Assembly (NCBI GenBank): GCA_964534995.1
Contig: CAZHSC010000001.1
Span: 63,855-127,854 of the forward strand
Length of the DNA stretch: 64,000 nucleotides
Direction of reading: 5' to 3'
Source of the DNA: an uncultured Bifidobacterium sp.
GTDB lineage: Bacteria > Bacteroidota > Bacteroidia > AKYH767-A > OLB10
Shown: one piece after another, positions 36,336 to 46,047 of the stretch
Numbering within the stretch: the stretch's first letter is position 1
Layout: each line of letters starts with the position of its first letter
Notes under the pieces: model-generated
Databases searched by the model: none
Told to the model about the DNA's origin: nothing
What the model saw: only the letters and a program-made list of their open reading frames with translations
Translations under genes and position numbers: made by a program

Positions 36336-37784
36336 TTAATGTGCAGCCCCTGCCTGGTCATAATGAATACCCCGGGTGGCAAGGAGTTGTTTCACTTTCC
36401 AGCCATAGAAGGCAAGATAGGTGAAGCAAAGCACACCGGTCAGGTAACTCCATTGTATTCCCAGGAGCTGATCAGAAGCCAGCCATCCCTGCAATAAACT
36501 TACAAAGCCGCCACCCATAATCATCATGATCAGAAAACTTGAGCCTTCGTTGGTATGTTTTCCGAGTCCCGCAATGGCAAGGGTGAAAATACAGGGCCAG
36601 AGCGTAGAACAAAAGAGACCCACACTGATGAATGCATATACGCTGGTGAGTCCGTCGCTGAACATGCCAATGAGCAATGCTGTGATACCACACAGTGAAA
36701 ATATGATGAGCTGCCTTGCAGGATTTCCTTTACTCAGCAGATCGGCAATAATGATAATCAGAATGACAAAGGCATACACATAAAAGGGCGTCAGGTCATT
36801 GTTCGCCATTCGGTTGGCAAAGAGGAATACGCCAAAGGCGGCGTAGGGAAGTATAAAATTAAGAAAGGTGCGCGTGCTTTTTTTGAGATCGAAGGCTCCG
36901 ACAGCGCCCGTCCAGCGGCCAATCATGAGGCTCGCCCAAAACAACGACACGTAGGGTGCGATTTCATGTGTGGGTGTTTGAAGGTGTATCCGCATAAACT
37001 CGGGGAGGTTGGAGGCTGTTGAAACTTCAACACCTACATAAAGGAAGATGGCGATCATTCCCATCCACAGTTGCGGGAATGAAAGTGCCGAGGATTTTCC
37101 CGCTGGTGTGGATTCTTCTTTTACGGGTACTGTATCTTCATGCTGTATTTGATTGGGAAGCGATGAAAAACGGAAGATCAACGCTACAATAATAAAAGCC
37201 AGTCCCAGCATGAGGTAAGGTGTTTTTACAGCGGAGAGCGACTCCAGTTTTTCACCGGCATTCAGTGAACCGAAAATGGCATAGCTCACGATGATAGGCC
37301 CTATGGTTGTACCGATGTTGTTGATGCCCCCGGCAAGGCTTAAACGTTGGGCTCCCTTCTTTGGGTCTCCAATGGTAATGGCAAGAGGATTGGCGGCGGT
37401 TTGCTGCAGGGAAAATCCAAGTCCTACAATGAAAAGTCCGGTAATCATTAACGGAAAGGAAGAAGAGTCGGCAGCAGGGAAAAACAGTAAAGTGCCCAAT
37501 GCGGAAATAATTAAACCCAGTGCGATGCCGTTTTTATAACCCATGCGGTTCAGGATATCGCCTCCGCTTGCCTTCGACAGGAAATAGTAAATCAGTGAAC
37601 CGACAGTATAAGCCACGTAAAAGGCGAATGAAATCATCTGACTTTGCCACTGTTCCAGGTTTAGTTTTTCTTTGAATACAGGAATAAGGATGTCATTACT
37701 GGCGGCTACAAATCCCCAGAAAAAGAAGACGGAGATAAGAATGGGAAGAGCAGCGGCGGAGGATCGGGTAGGGTTTGTCATCAT
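36336..37784 (-). CDS. sugar MFS permease (FucP/GluP/NagP family)
   Basis: It is a 12-TM protein, and its N-terminus ...ILISVFFFWGFVAASNDILIPVFKEKLNL is typical of the glucose/galactose-fucose permease family. It is adjacent to GH20 on the same strand. Confidence 0.85.
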   Translation of the reverse strand: MMTNPTRSSAAALPILISVFFFWGFVAASNDILIPVFKEKLNLEQWQSQMISFAFYVAYTVGSLIYYFLSKASGGDILNRMGYKNGIALGLIISALGTLLFFPAADSSSFPLMITGLFIVGLGFSLQQTAANPLAITIGDPKKGAQRLSLAGGINNIGTTIGPIIVSYAIFGSLNAGEKLESLSAVKTPYLMLGLAFIIVALIFRFSSLPNQIQHEDTVPVKEESTPAGKSSALSFPQLWMGMIAIFLYVGVEVSTASNLPEFMRIHLQTPTHEIAPYVSLFWASLMIGRWTGAVGAFDLKKSTRTFLNFILPYAAFGVFLFANRMANNDLTPFYVYAFVILIIIIADLLSKGNPARQLIIFSLCGITALLIGMFSDGLTSVYAFISVGLFCSTLWPCIFTLAIAGLGKHTNEGSSFLIMMIMGGGFVSLLQGWLASDQLLGIQWSYLTGVLCFTYLAFYGWKVKQLLATRGIHYDQAGAAH

Positions 37785-38069
37785 GGATTGGCGTGCTGAA
37801 AGTAATGAAAATTACGATTTTTTCTGCTCCACCCTCATTGCGCTACTGAACCCGGTGGATGTAAGGGATGTTTCCTTGAAATCTGTGATCAGGTTCAACA
37901 GCCATTTTGCGCTACCGTATTCATTACTCCTGTTTGTTCATACTTTGTATAACCTACTGTCCATTAATTTATTGAAAACAGCGCAAATGTTAACTTTTAA
38001 TCACAGGTGCTTTGGAAGTAAATCTTTATCCGTTATAACTTTGCACTCTCGTTTAAAATCTAAATAAAT

Positions 38070-38912
38070 ATGCTACGTGTAGTTACAGTATTTCTATTGA
38101 TGATAGTGGTGACTTCAGGCTGCGTCAGCCGGAAGAAGTATAATTCACAATTGGAGCAGTATTCAAAATTAAAGGCGGACTTCGACACCACTGAGTCGAA
38201 CCTGCAAAAATGTTTAGCTGATAAAAGCAGGCAGGTGGAAGATTTTCAAAAACTGCAGCAGGAATTGGAGAATGTGAAGGCAAACAGTACAAGTATGCTG
38301 AAGCAACTCAGCGATATGTCGGTAGTCAGCGCCTCTCAGGCCGAGAGTATCCGCAAATCGCTGGAGGCAATTCAGTCAAAGGATGCTTTCATCAAAGACC
38401 TTCAGTCGGCAATGGCCCGTAAAGATTCATTGAATATGGCACTGGTGCTTAACCTGAAAGGTGCACTGAAAGATGTGAACGATGAAGATGTAAATATTAA
38501 AGTGGAAGGCAGTGCGGTATTTATCAATATTTCGGATAAGATGCTGTTCCGCAGCGGCAGTTATCAGATTACCCCCCGCGCCAGGGAGGTGTTGGGCAAG
38601 GTCGCGCAGGTCATCAATCAACAGTCCGGATCCCAGTTTATGGTGGAGGGGCATACGGATAATAAGCCGATCGCCACCGCTTCTATTCGCGACAACTGGG
38701 ACCTCAGCGTGATGCGTTCCGCAGCCGTAGTGCGTGCTTTGCAAAAGGATTTTGGTATTGATCCGTCACGTATGATCGCGGCCGGTCGCAGCGAGTATAT
38801 TCCGGTGGACAGTAATACTACCGCGGAAGGCCGTTCTAAAAACCGCCGTACGCGCATTGTTTTTCTGCCCCAGCTCGATCAGTTTTTCAAGCTGATGGAG
38901 CCCAGGCCCTGA
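38070..38912 (+). CDS. OmpA/MotB-domain lipoprotein with N-terminal coiled coil
   Basis: The lipobox is LMIVVTSGC. The C-terminal OmpA-like motif is ...MVEGHTDNKPI...NWDLSVMRSAAVVRAL...GRSKNRRTRIV. Confidence 0.85.
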   Translation: MLRVVTVFLLMIVVTSGCVSRKKYNSQLEQYSKLKADFDTTESNLQKCLADKSRQVEDFQKLQQELENVKANSTSMLKQLSDMSVVSASQAESIRKSLEAIQSKDAFIKDLQSAMARKDSLNMALVLNLKGALKDVNDEDVNIKVEGSAVFINISDKMLFRSGSYQITPRAREVLGKVAQVINQQSGSQFMVEGHTDNKPIATASIRDNWDLSVMRSAAVVRALQKDFGIDPSRMIAAGRSEYIPVDSNTTAEGRSKNRRTRIVFLPQLDQFFKLMEPRP

Positions 38913-38954
38913 TGGTCATAGCGGTACTGCCGCTGTATGAAAGTTAACTGATAG

Positions 38955-39001
38955 TCCCGGTGTAATAAGGAGGTTTTTCCCGTATGCACCGGGATTTTTT
39001 T
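38955..39001 (+). terminator. intrinsic terminator after the OmpA-like gene
   Basis: TCCCGGTG (38955-38962) pairs with CACCGGGA (38987-38994) and is followed by TTTTTTT. The loop is long (24 nt). Confidence 0.55.
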
Positions 39002-39017
39002 CGTAGCAGGGTAAGCG

Positions 39018-40334
39018 TTATTTCAGCAGTTCACCCCGTAAACGGAGAATAGCTGTTTCGCTGACTTTAGCATTGTATTTCGCAGTAAAAAGTCTGGCAA
39101 TTACTTCGTTGTATGCCCGCTGTGCTTCCTGTATTTCGAGGGAGGTGGCCAGGCCACTGCGCAGGCGTTCTACGGCGATCTGTAAATTTTCTGCGGCCAG
39201 CAACCGGCTTTGTTCTTCCAGGGCAACCATCGCCATGCGGTCGTTGAATTCACGGGTCAGTTTTCTTTCGGCCTGCACACGGGATTGCAGTGCCTGCGCC
39301 TGCCTGCTCTCAGCCAATTGTACACCGATCCCGGCATTTTGTATCATACGGGATGCGCGAAAACCATTGAACAGGTTCCACTGCAGCCGGAGACCGGCGC
39401 CAGGGCCAAAATTACTGTTCTTAAGTATAAAGCCCGCTTCATTTTCGGCATTACTGCTGTTGTAATTGGCGAACAGTTGAAGGCTGGGCCATCGTGCGCC
39501 ACGGTATTCTTTCAGCAACTGAAAGGCGCTTTGCTGCTGCTGTCCGGCCAGCCGTAGCATCAGGTCGGAACCACGGGTGCTCTCCTCCGCTTTCACGGGC
39601 ATAATCATAATGCTGTCCGTAGTTGTAAAGTCAAGGGCCGGATCCCTGCCCAGGAGGACATTCAGGTTTTCTTTTTGCCCGGCCATGTCGGATAGCAATG
39701 CCATTTGCTGACTGAGGTGTTGATGTTGTTCCAGCTTAGCCTGCAACAAGGCCGGTTTGGCGCCATTGCCTGCCTCCAGTCGTGCCTGTGCCAGCTGTAT
39801 GCGGATGCTGTCAACTTTTAACAATTCCTGCAGGGCATTCAGTTGTTCCTGCACTACACGCACCGCGAAGTAGGCACCGATGACCTGTTGTACGGTAGCC
39901 TCCATCTGAAGGCCAAGCGCTAATCTTGATTCTTCCGCGAGGCTGCCAAGGCGGCTTTTTTTCGCAAACATGGTGAGGCCGTCAAAGAGCGTCCAGTTGA
40001 GCGTGGCAGCGCCGGAGTATAACGTGGAGGCAGCCCCGTCACGTTCTATCACACGGCCATCCGCCAGTTCCTGGTTCAGGCTGAGTTCAGTTCTGGAATA
40101 GGCCCCATCGAGGGTCAGGGATGGCAGCATGCCCGCCTCACCGGCGGTGGCATTGTTCAGTGCCTGCTCCGACTGCAGTCGGGCCTGTTGCACGTCGTAA
40201 TTTTTTTCCAGTGCAATGCTGATGGCATCTTTCAGTGACAAATTTTCCTGCGCGTAAAGGGTTGTACACGGAAGGAAAATCAGGAGCAGCACCATGCGCT
40301 TCCGGAGCTTGAACCGCAACATCAGTTTATCCAT
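39018..40334 (-). CDS. TolC-family outer-membrane efflux protein
   Basis: 438 aa with a signal peptide and two OEP-type repeat halves rich in L/Q/A coiled segments. It is the last gene of the MFP-RND-OMF operon, and its start overlaps the RND stop by 8 nt. Confidence 0.87.
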   Translation of the reverse strand: MDKLMLRFKLRKRMVLLLIFLPCTTLYAQENLSLKDAISIALEKNYDVQQARLQSEQALNNATAGEAGMLPSLTLDGAYSRTELSLNQELADGRVIERDGAASTLYSGAATLNWTLFDGLTMFAKKSRLGSLAEESRLALGLQMEATVQQVIGAYFAVRVVQEQLNALQELLKVDSIRIQLAQARLEAGNGAKPALLQAKLEQHQHLSQQMALLSDMAGQKENLNVLLGRDPALDFTTTDSIMIMPVKAEESTRGSDLMLRLAGQQQQSAFQLLKEYRGARWPSLQLFANYNSSNAENEAGFILKNSNFGPGAGLRLQWNLFNGFRASRMIQNAGIGVQLAESRQAQALQSRVQAERKLTREFNDRMAMVALEEQSRLLAAENLQIAVERLRSGLATSLEIQEAQRAYNEVIARLFTAKYNAKVSETAILRLRGELLK

Positions 40335-43300
40335 TTGTGGCCTCCTTTGCGATGGTATTGTCCTTTCTTCTGCTCAGGTAACTGTAGATCGCCGGGATGA
40401 CATATAAGGTAAGTACGAGGGCGAAAAGGAGTCCGCCTATGATTACCACTCCCATCGGAATCCTGCTTTGTGCTCCGGCGCCCAGTGCCAGCGCGATCGG
40501 CAGTGCTCCCAGCATGGTGGCAAGGCTTGTCATGAGGATGGGACGCAGGCGCAGGGCGCTGGCTTCAATGATGGCGTCCATTTTATTTTTTCCGCTTTGT
40601 CGCAGCTGATTGGCAAATTCCACTATTATAATGCCGTTTTTGGTAACCAAGCCTATCAGCATGATGATCCCGATCTGACTGAAGATGTTTATGGTCTGGT
40701 TAAAATACCAGAGTGAGAATACGGCGCCACCCAGTGCGAGCGGTACCGTGAGCATGATGATAAAGGGATCAATGAAACTTTCGAACTGTGCGGCGAGGAT
40801 GAGATATATAATTACCAGTGCGAGCAGGAAAGCATACAGCGCGTTGGAAGAACTTTCGGCATAGTCGCGGCTGGGTCCGGTGAGTGCAGTGCTGAAACTG
40901 TCATCCAGCAGGGACGTGGCGATTTCCTGCATGGCGTCTACGCCGTCACCCATGGCCTTGCCGGGAGCCAGGCCGGCGGAAACGGTAGCGGATTTAAAGC
41001 GGTTGTAGTGATAGAGCTGCGGCGGGCTGCTCTGCTCTTCCATCTTCACCAGGTTGTCGAGTTGTACGGGTTCACCCAGCTGATTGCGAACAGAGATCAT
41101 TAGCAGGTCCGCTGGTTCATCGCGGTGTTCCCGGTCAAACTGACCGATGACCTGGTATTGCTTACCGCCTTTCTGAAAGTAGGCGAAGCGCTGTCCGCTG
41201 AAGGCGAGCTGCAGGGTCTGGGCTACATCCTTCACCGATACGCCCATGATTTTGGCTTTTTCCCTGTCAATGCTTACCTGCAGTTCCGGTTTGTTGAATT
41301 TCAGGTTGACATCACTGCCCTGGAATACCGGGTGGCTGTTAACAGCTTTCATGAACTTGGGCAGCACCTCTTTCAATTTCTGAAAATCTGAAGTTTGAAT
41401 TACGAACTGTACCGGCAGGCTGCCGCGGGGGCCGCCGCCCATGGCGATGGTTTGTTCCTGCACAACGAAGGTGCGCGCCTCCGGCATCTGCCGGGTCGCC
41501 GCGCTGATCTGGTCTACAATCTGCTGCTGTGTCCTGTCACGATCCCCGGGTTCATTCAGCACAATGCGTCCGAAACCGGTGTTTACGGCGCCGGAGCCGG
41601 CAAATCCCGGGGCGGTAACGGTAAGGCATATCCGTTTTTCCGGCACTGAGTCCATCACCATGTCGGAGACACTGTTCATAAACCGGTCGGTATATTCGAA
41701 GGAGGCACCTTCCGGTGCGGAGACCAGCAGGCGGAACCAGCTGCGGTCTTCCAATGGTGCCAGTTCGCTCTGCAGCATACTCCCGAAAAAGAAAACCATG
41801 CCGCTCACGAGGCCGAGGATCAGCCATGCCGCCCTGCGCTTTTTCATGAATCCCTGCAGCGAGTGGCGGTAACTGTCATCGAGCCGCCGGAAAAAAGGCT
41901 CCGTGATTTCGTAGAAGCGGCTGTGCCCTTTATTCTTACGGATCAGTCGTGCGTTCAGCATGGGTGTCAGGGAGAGACTTACGAAGGCGCTGATCAGTAC
42001 GGCGGAAGACAGGACAATGCCAAACTCACGGAAGAGCCTGCCCACAAAGCCTTCCATAAAGATCACCGGGACAAATACCGCAGCGAGGGTAATGGAGGTA
42101 GAAATAACGACAAAGAAAATTTCTGAAGATCCTTTGTGTGCGGCTTCTACCGGACCCATACCCTTTTCGACTTTCCTGTATATATTTTCCGTTACTACGA
42201 TGCCGTCATCCACCACCAGGCCGGTAGCAAGTACAATGGCAAGCAGGGTGAGCACGTTGATGGAGAAGCCCATCAGGTACATCACGAAAAAGGCGCCGAT
42301 GAGCGCAACGGGTATGTCGATGAGCGGACGGAAGGCGATGAGCCAGTCGCGGAAAAAGAGATAGATGATCAGCACCACCAGCAGGATGGCGATCAGCAGG
42401 GTCTCTTCTACTTCTTTTACCGAATTGCGTACAAAGCGGGTATTGTCCATGGCGATGCCCAGTTTAAGGTCGCCCGGGATGTCCTTCCTGATCTGCTCCA
42501 GTCTCCTGTAAAATTCATCGGCAATATCAATATAATTGGCACCGGGCTGGGGAACAATGGCGCAGGCCACCATGGGAATACCGTTGTTCTTGAGTATGGT
42601 TTCTTCATTTTCGGGGCCCAGCGCAGCATAGCCCACATCACTCAACCGGATGATACGGTCGCCCTCCGATTTGATCATAAGCTGGTTAAACTCCTCTTCG
42701 CTGCTCAGCCTGCCATTGGTCTTCACGGTGAGTTCACTGGTGTTGCCTGCTATCTTCCCTCCCGGGATGTCGGCATTTTCCCGCTCCAGCGCCTGGCGTA
42801 TATCCAGTGACGTTAGCCGGTAAGCCGTGAGTTTAGCCGGGTCCAGCCACAGGCGCATGGCATAGCGCTTCTGTCCCCATATCTGTATGTTGCTGACACC
42901 GGGAATGGTTTGCAGGCGTTCGCCGATGACATTCTCGGCATAGTCGCTCAGCTCAAGCACATTACGTGTATCGCTCTGAACAGTAAGGGATAGTATGGCA
43001 TCCGAATTCGCGTCGCTCTTGGTAACGGTGGGCAATGCGTCAATGTCCTGGGGAAGATTTCGTACCGCTTGCGAAACTTTATCACGTACATCGTTGGCGG
43101 CCGCTTCCAGCTCCATGTCCAGGTCAAATTCAACGGTGATAACGCTGTTGCCCAGGTTACTCGAAGAGGAGATAGAGCGGATACCTGCAATGCCGTTGAT
43201 GGCTTTTTCCAGCGGCTCGGTAATCTGCGACTCCACCACATCGGCATTGGCGCCTGCATATCCGGTACGTACCGTGATGATGGGCGGATCAATGGAAGGG

Positions 43301-43410
43301 TATTCCCTGACACCAAGAAAATTAAAGCCTATGGCTCCGAAAAGTACAATCAGCAGCGACATGACGATGGCCAGTACCGGGCGGTTGATGCTGAGGGAGG
43401 GGAGGTTCAT
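40327..43410 (-). CDS. RND efflux transporter permease (AcrB/HAE1-like)
   Basis: 1027 aa with the N-terminus SINRPVLAIVMSLLIVLFG..F..LGVREYPSIDPP and a 12-TM/2-large-loop layout with duplicated halves. Confidence 0.93.
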   Translation of the reverse strand: MNLPSLSINRPVLAIVMSLLIVLFGAIGFNFLGVREYPSIDPPIITVRTGYAGANADVVESQITEPLEKAINGIAGIRSISSSSNLGNSVITVEFDLDMELEAAANDVRDKVSQAVRNLPQDIDALPTVTKSDANSDAILSLTVQSDTRNVLELSDYAENVIGERLQTIPGVSNIQIWGQKRYAMRLWLDPAKLTAYRLTSLDIRQALERENADIPGGKIAGNTSELTVKTNGRLSSEEEFNQLMIKSEGDRIIRLSDVGYAALGPENEETILKNNGIPMVACAIVPQPGANYIDIADEFYRRLEQIRKDIPGDLKLGIAMDNTRFVRNSVKEVEETLLIAILLVVLIIYLFFRDWLIAFRPLIDIPVALIGAFFVMYLMGFSINVLTLLAIVLATGLVVDDGIVVTENIYRKVEKGMGPVEAAHKGSSEIFFVVISTSITLAAVFVPVIFMEGFVGRLFREFGIVLSSAVLISAFVSLSLTPMLNARLIRKNKGHSRFYEITEPFFRRLDDSYRHSLQGFMKKRRAAWLILGLVSGMVFFFGSMLQSELAPLEDRSWFRLLVSAPEGASFEYTDRFMNSVSDMVMDSVPEKRICLTVTAPGFAGSGAVNTGFGRIVLNEPGDRDRTQQQIVDQISAATRQMPEARTFVVQEQTIAMGGGPRGSLPVQFVIQTSDFQKLKEVLPKFMKAVNSHPVFQGSDVNLKFNKPELQVSIDREKAKIMGVSVKDVAQTLQLAFSGQRFAYFQKGGKQYQVIGQFDREHRDEPADLLMISVRNQLGEPVQLDNLVKMEEQSSPPQLYHYNRFKSATVSAGLAPGKAMGDGVDAMQEIATSLLDDSFSTALTGPSRDYAESSSNALYAFLLALVIIYLILAAQFESFIDPFIIMLTVPLALGGAVFSLWYFNQTINIFSQIGIIMLIGLVTKNGIIIVEFANQLRQSGKNKMDAIIEASALRLRPILMTSLATMLGALPIALALGAGAQSRIPMGVVIIGGLLFALVLTLYVIPAIYSYLSRRKDNTIAKEATNG

Positions 43411-43461
43411 GTTATTCGCGAGGGAAGGATAACTGCAAAACGGATTTTACGGATGTGCTGG

Positions 43462-44514
43462 TTATTGTACAGATTTTAGATGAATGTCATTACCCGGCCG
43501 CAACTGCAGCAAGCCGGTAGTGATAACGGTATCCCCCGAGGTAAGGCCACTGATTACCTGAATGGCGGAGTCGCTGCGGACACCGGTAGTGATACTTACG
43601 GTATCGGCTTTGCCCCCATGCACCACAAAGAGCTGCTTACCTTTTAATACAGGTACAACTGCCTGCGTGGGAACGAGCAGCGCCTGACTGGTGTTCATCC
43701 GCACACTTACCCTGGCAAAGGCGCCCGGCATAACACTGCCACTCACCGGCTGACTGTAGGCGCGCACACGCACGCTGCGTGTACCGGCATCAGCCACAGG
43801 GTCGATGGCATATACCCGGCCGTTATAGGTTATACCGTTGGTTCCCGTGGTATAGGTTAAGGTATCACCCTTATGAATACGCCCCAGATAACCGGAAGGA
43901 ATAGTGAATTCCACTTTGAGGGGTTCCGTTTGCTGCAGGGTGGTAATCATCTGCTGGCTGCTCACCAGTGCGCCGGTGCTGACCTGCCTAAGACCAAGGA
44001 TGCCAGAGAAAGGTGCACGGATTTCGGTTTTTTCTATTTGTGCAAGCAAAACATCGAGTTCCGCCTTCAGTGTTTCAGTTTCTGTTTGCAGTACATCGAA
44101 CTCTTCCTTGCTGATACCTTCCATGGCAAGCAGCTTACGGTTGCGCTCCAGGCGCTGTCCGGCGAGCCGCAGTTGCAGCTTCACCTTCGCCGCTTGCGCC
44201 TGCAATTCGCTGTCATTGATCTTTACCAGGAGTTCGCCCTTCTGTACCGGAGCCCCTTCGTTGATATGAATAAAGGTGATCCGCCCAGATGTCTCCGCCT
44301 TCAGCGTAACTTCTTCGTTGGGGAGCAGGGTGCCGGTACATTGCAGTTCTTCCGTGAAAGCCACCGGACGAATGATCCTTGCATCTACGCTCACCACTGC
44401 ACCCTTACCTGCCTGACCGCCCGGAATATTTTTTTTAGAGGGGATAAAAATTATCTTGAGCAGAAAAAGTGCGGCGATGACGGATAGGGAGATCAGGAAG
44501 GTACGAACGCGCAT
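43462..44514 (-). CDS. efflux RND periplasmic adaptor (MFP, HlyD_D23-like)
   Basis: It has a membrane anchor, a biotinyl-lipoyl-like hairpin, a coiled coil (ELQAQAAKVKLQLRLAGQRLERNRKL) and beta-barrel domains. It lies directly upstream of the RND gene. Confidence 0.9.
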   Translation of the reverse strand: MRVRTFLISLSVIAALFLLKIIFIPSKKNIPGGQAGKGAVVSVDARIIRPVAFTEELQCTGTLLPNEEVTLKAETSGRITFIHINEGAPVQKGELLVKINDSELQAQAAKVKLQLRLAGQRLERNRKLLAMEGISKEEFDVLQTETETLKAELDVLLAQIEKTEIRAPFSGILGLRQVSTGALVSSQQMITTLQQTEPLKVEFTIPSGYLGRIHKGDTLTYTTGTNGITYNGRVYAIDPVADAGTRSVRVRAYSQPVSGSVMPGAFARVSVRMNTSQALLVPTQAVVPVLKGKQLFVVHGGKADTVSITTGVRSDSAIQVISGLTSGDTVITTGLLQLRPGNDIHLKSVQ

Positions 44515-44589
44515 AGTTTAATTTTTTTCGAAGATAAGAAATACAGTTTTTACCGGAATGTTGCTGTAAAAGCGGGTGCAACAGGGTAC

Positions 44590-45294
44590 TCAGCCCAGGC
44601 GTCCTGCCACCACATCCCAGTTCACTACATTCCACCAGGCATTGATATAATCCGCTCTCTTATTCTGATACTTCAGATAATAGGCATGTTCCCACACATC
44701 AATACCGAGCAGGGGTGTACCTTTGAATTCAGACAAATCCATCAGGGGGTTATCCTGATTCGCTGTGGAGCCAATGGCAAGTTTTCCATCATCGCTTTTT
44801 ACCAGCCATGCCCACCCGGAACCAAAGCGGCTTTTTGCGGCTTCATTGAACAGATTCCTGAAGGTATCAAAATTTCCAAAGGAAGCGTTGATGGCTTCCG
44901 CAATTCTTCCTGTAGGTTGTCCACCGCCGTTAGGCTTCATAATTGTCCAGAAAAACGAATGATTCCAGTGACCTCCTCCGTTGTTGCGTACCCCGGCAGG
45001 GAACCTGGAAATATTTTTGATGATTTTATCAATGGACGCTTCATGAATATGCAGGTCGCCACAAAGTTTGTTCAGGTTGTCAACATATGCTTTATGATGC
45101 TTTGAATGATGGATTTCCATCGTTAACGCGTCGATGTGTGGTTCGAGCGCCTTGTAATCATAGGGAATCATGGGCAATGAAAAGTTTGGGTCGCCATGCG
45201 GATGAGCCATCAGGCCGGTTTGCATAGCGATAGTACCCACCGCGGCGGCCGCGCTGATTTTAATGAAATCCCTTCGGTTGAAATTGTTTTCCAT
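44590..45294 (-). CDS. Fe/Mn superoxide dismutase with twin-arginine (Tat) signal peptide
   Basis: The Tat motif is [19 protein letters not shown]. The SOD motifs are HHSKHH...[13 protein letters not shown]...[13 protein letters not shown]. Confidence 0.92.
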   Translation of the reverse strand: MENNFNRRDFIKISAAAAVGTIAMQTGLMAHPHGDPNFSLPMIPYDYKALEPHIDALTMEIHHSKHHKAYVDNLNKLCGDLHIHEASIDKIIKNISRFPAGVRNNGGGHWNHSFFWTIMKPNGGGQPTGRIAEAINASFGNFDTFRNLFNEAAKSRFGSGWAWLVKSDDGKLAIGSTANQDNPLMDLSEFKGTPLLGIDVWEHAYYLKYQNKRADYINAWWNVVNWDVVAGRLG

Positions 45295-45437
45295 ATTGAT
45301 GTGAGGATTATATATAGTAAGTAAGGACAGTGGAATGGAGGATGTTGCGGTTTACAGGGCATACGCTGCGCCGTACGATCGCCACCACAGGGTGTCAGGA
45401 AATGAATTTCAGACAGGCCACCAGGCAGGAGGATGAA

Positions 45438-45935
45438 TTATGTCAGGAAAATAAGTACTTCATTCTTTTCCACGGCCTGCCCTTTTTTCACGGCAATTTT
45501 TTTCACGGTTGCATCTGCCAATGCTTTCAGGGAGTTTTCCATCTTCATGGCTTCCAGTACCAGTAGCGTGTCGCCCTTGTGAATTACCTGGCCCTCTTCT
45601 ACGGGAATGTTTACTACCAGTCCGGGCATAGGCGCTTTAAGATCCCCTGCCCGGCTGGAGGAAGAAACATCCATTCCCAGTTCTTTCAGCAATTCATCAA
45701 ACCGGGTTTTCAGGTTCACCTGTACTTTACATCCGTTTACAGAGATCAGGAATTCCTTGTTGGCCGTATCTGTATGCAGGACTTCCAAAGCATAGGAAGT
45801 ACCATCCATAATGAGGTGATAAGAACCGGCATGCAAATGCTGGAGGTCAAAGTCCTGGGGCTCGCCGTTAATGAGGAGTTGAGGTCCTTTGTTTTCTATG
45901 TTCCATGCAGTCTTTCCGTTGATAATTGCTTTCAT
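45438..45935 (-). CDS. biotin/lipoyl-attachment (biotin carboxyl carrier-like) protein
   Basis: The C-terminus has the LEAMKMEN biotinylation motif in a PMPG...V..GD.L.VLEAMKME context. Confidence 0.8.
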   Translation of the reverse strand: MKAIINGKTAWNIENKGPQLLINGEPQDFDLQHLHAGSYHLIMDGTSYALEVLHTDTANKEFLISVNGCKVQVNLKTRFDELLKELGMDVSSSSRAGDLKAPMPGLVVNIPVEEGQVIHKGDTLLVLEAMKMENSLKALADATVKKIAVKKGQAVEKNEVLIFLT

Positions 45936-46047
45936 GATGTAACAAAGGTAAAATATCCTGTCGAATATACCAGCACAAACACTGTTTCGTTGATAAATTC
46001 AAGTGGAGGGTGAAAGAATCAGCTCCATGAGAGTTACTTTCGTTGCA

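Noticed and set aside
37838-37915. Direct repeat TTGCGCTAC (37838-37846 and 37907-37915) in the divergent promoter region between the sugar permease and the OmpA-like gene
   Set aside because: A 9-mer repeating within 285 bp has a rough chance probability above 10%. There is no palindromic structure and no nearby regulator gene to link it to.
40397-44487. Antisense or out-of-frame ORFs within the RND and MFP genes (for example 42136-42810 at 224 aa and 43873-44487 at 204 aa)
   Set aside because: These are shadow ORFs opposite strongly supported efflux genes, and they have no recognisable motifs.
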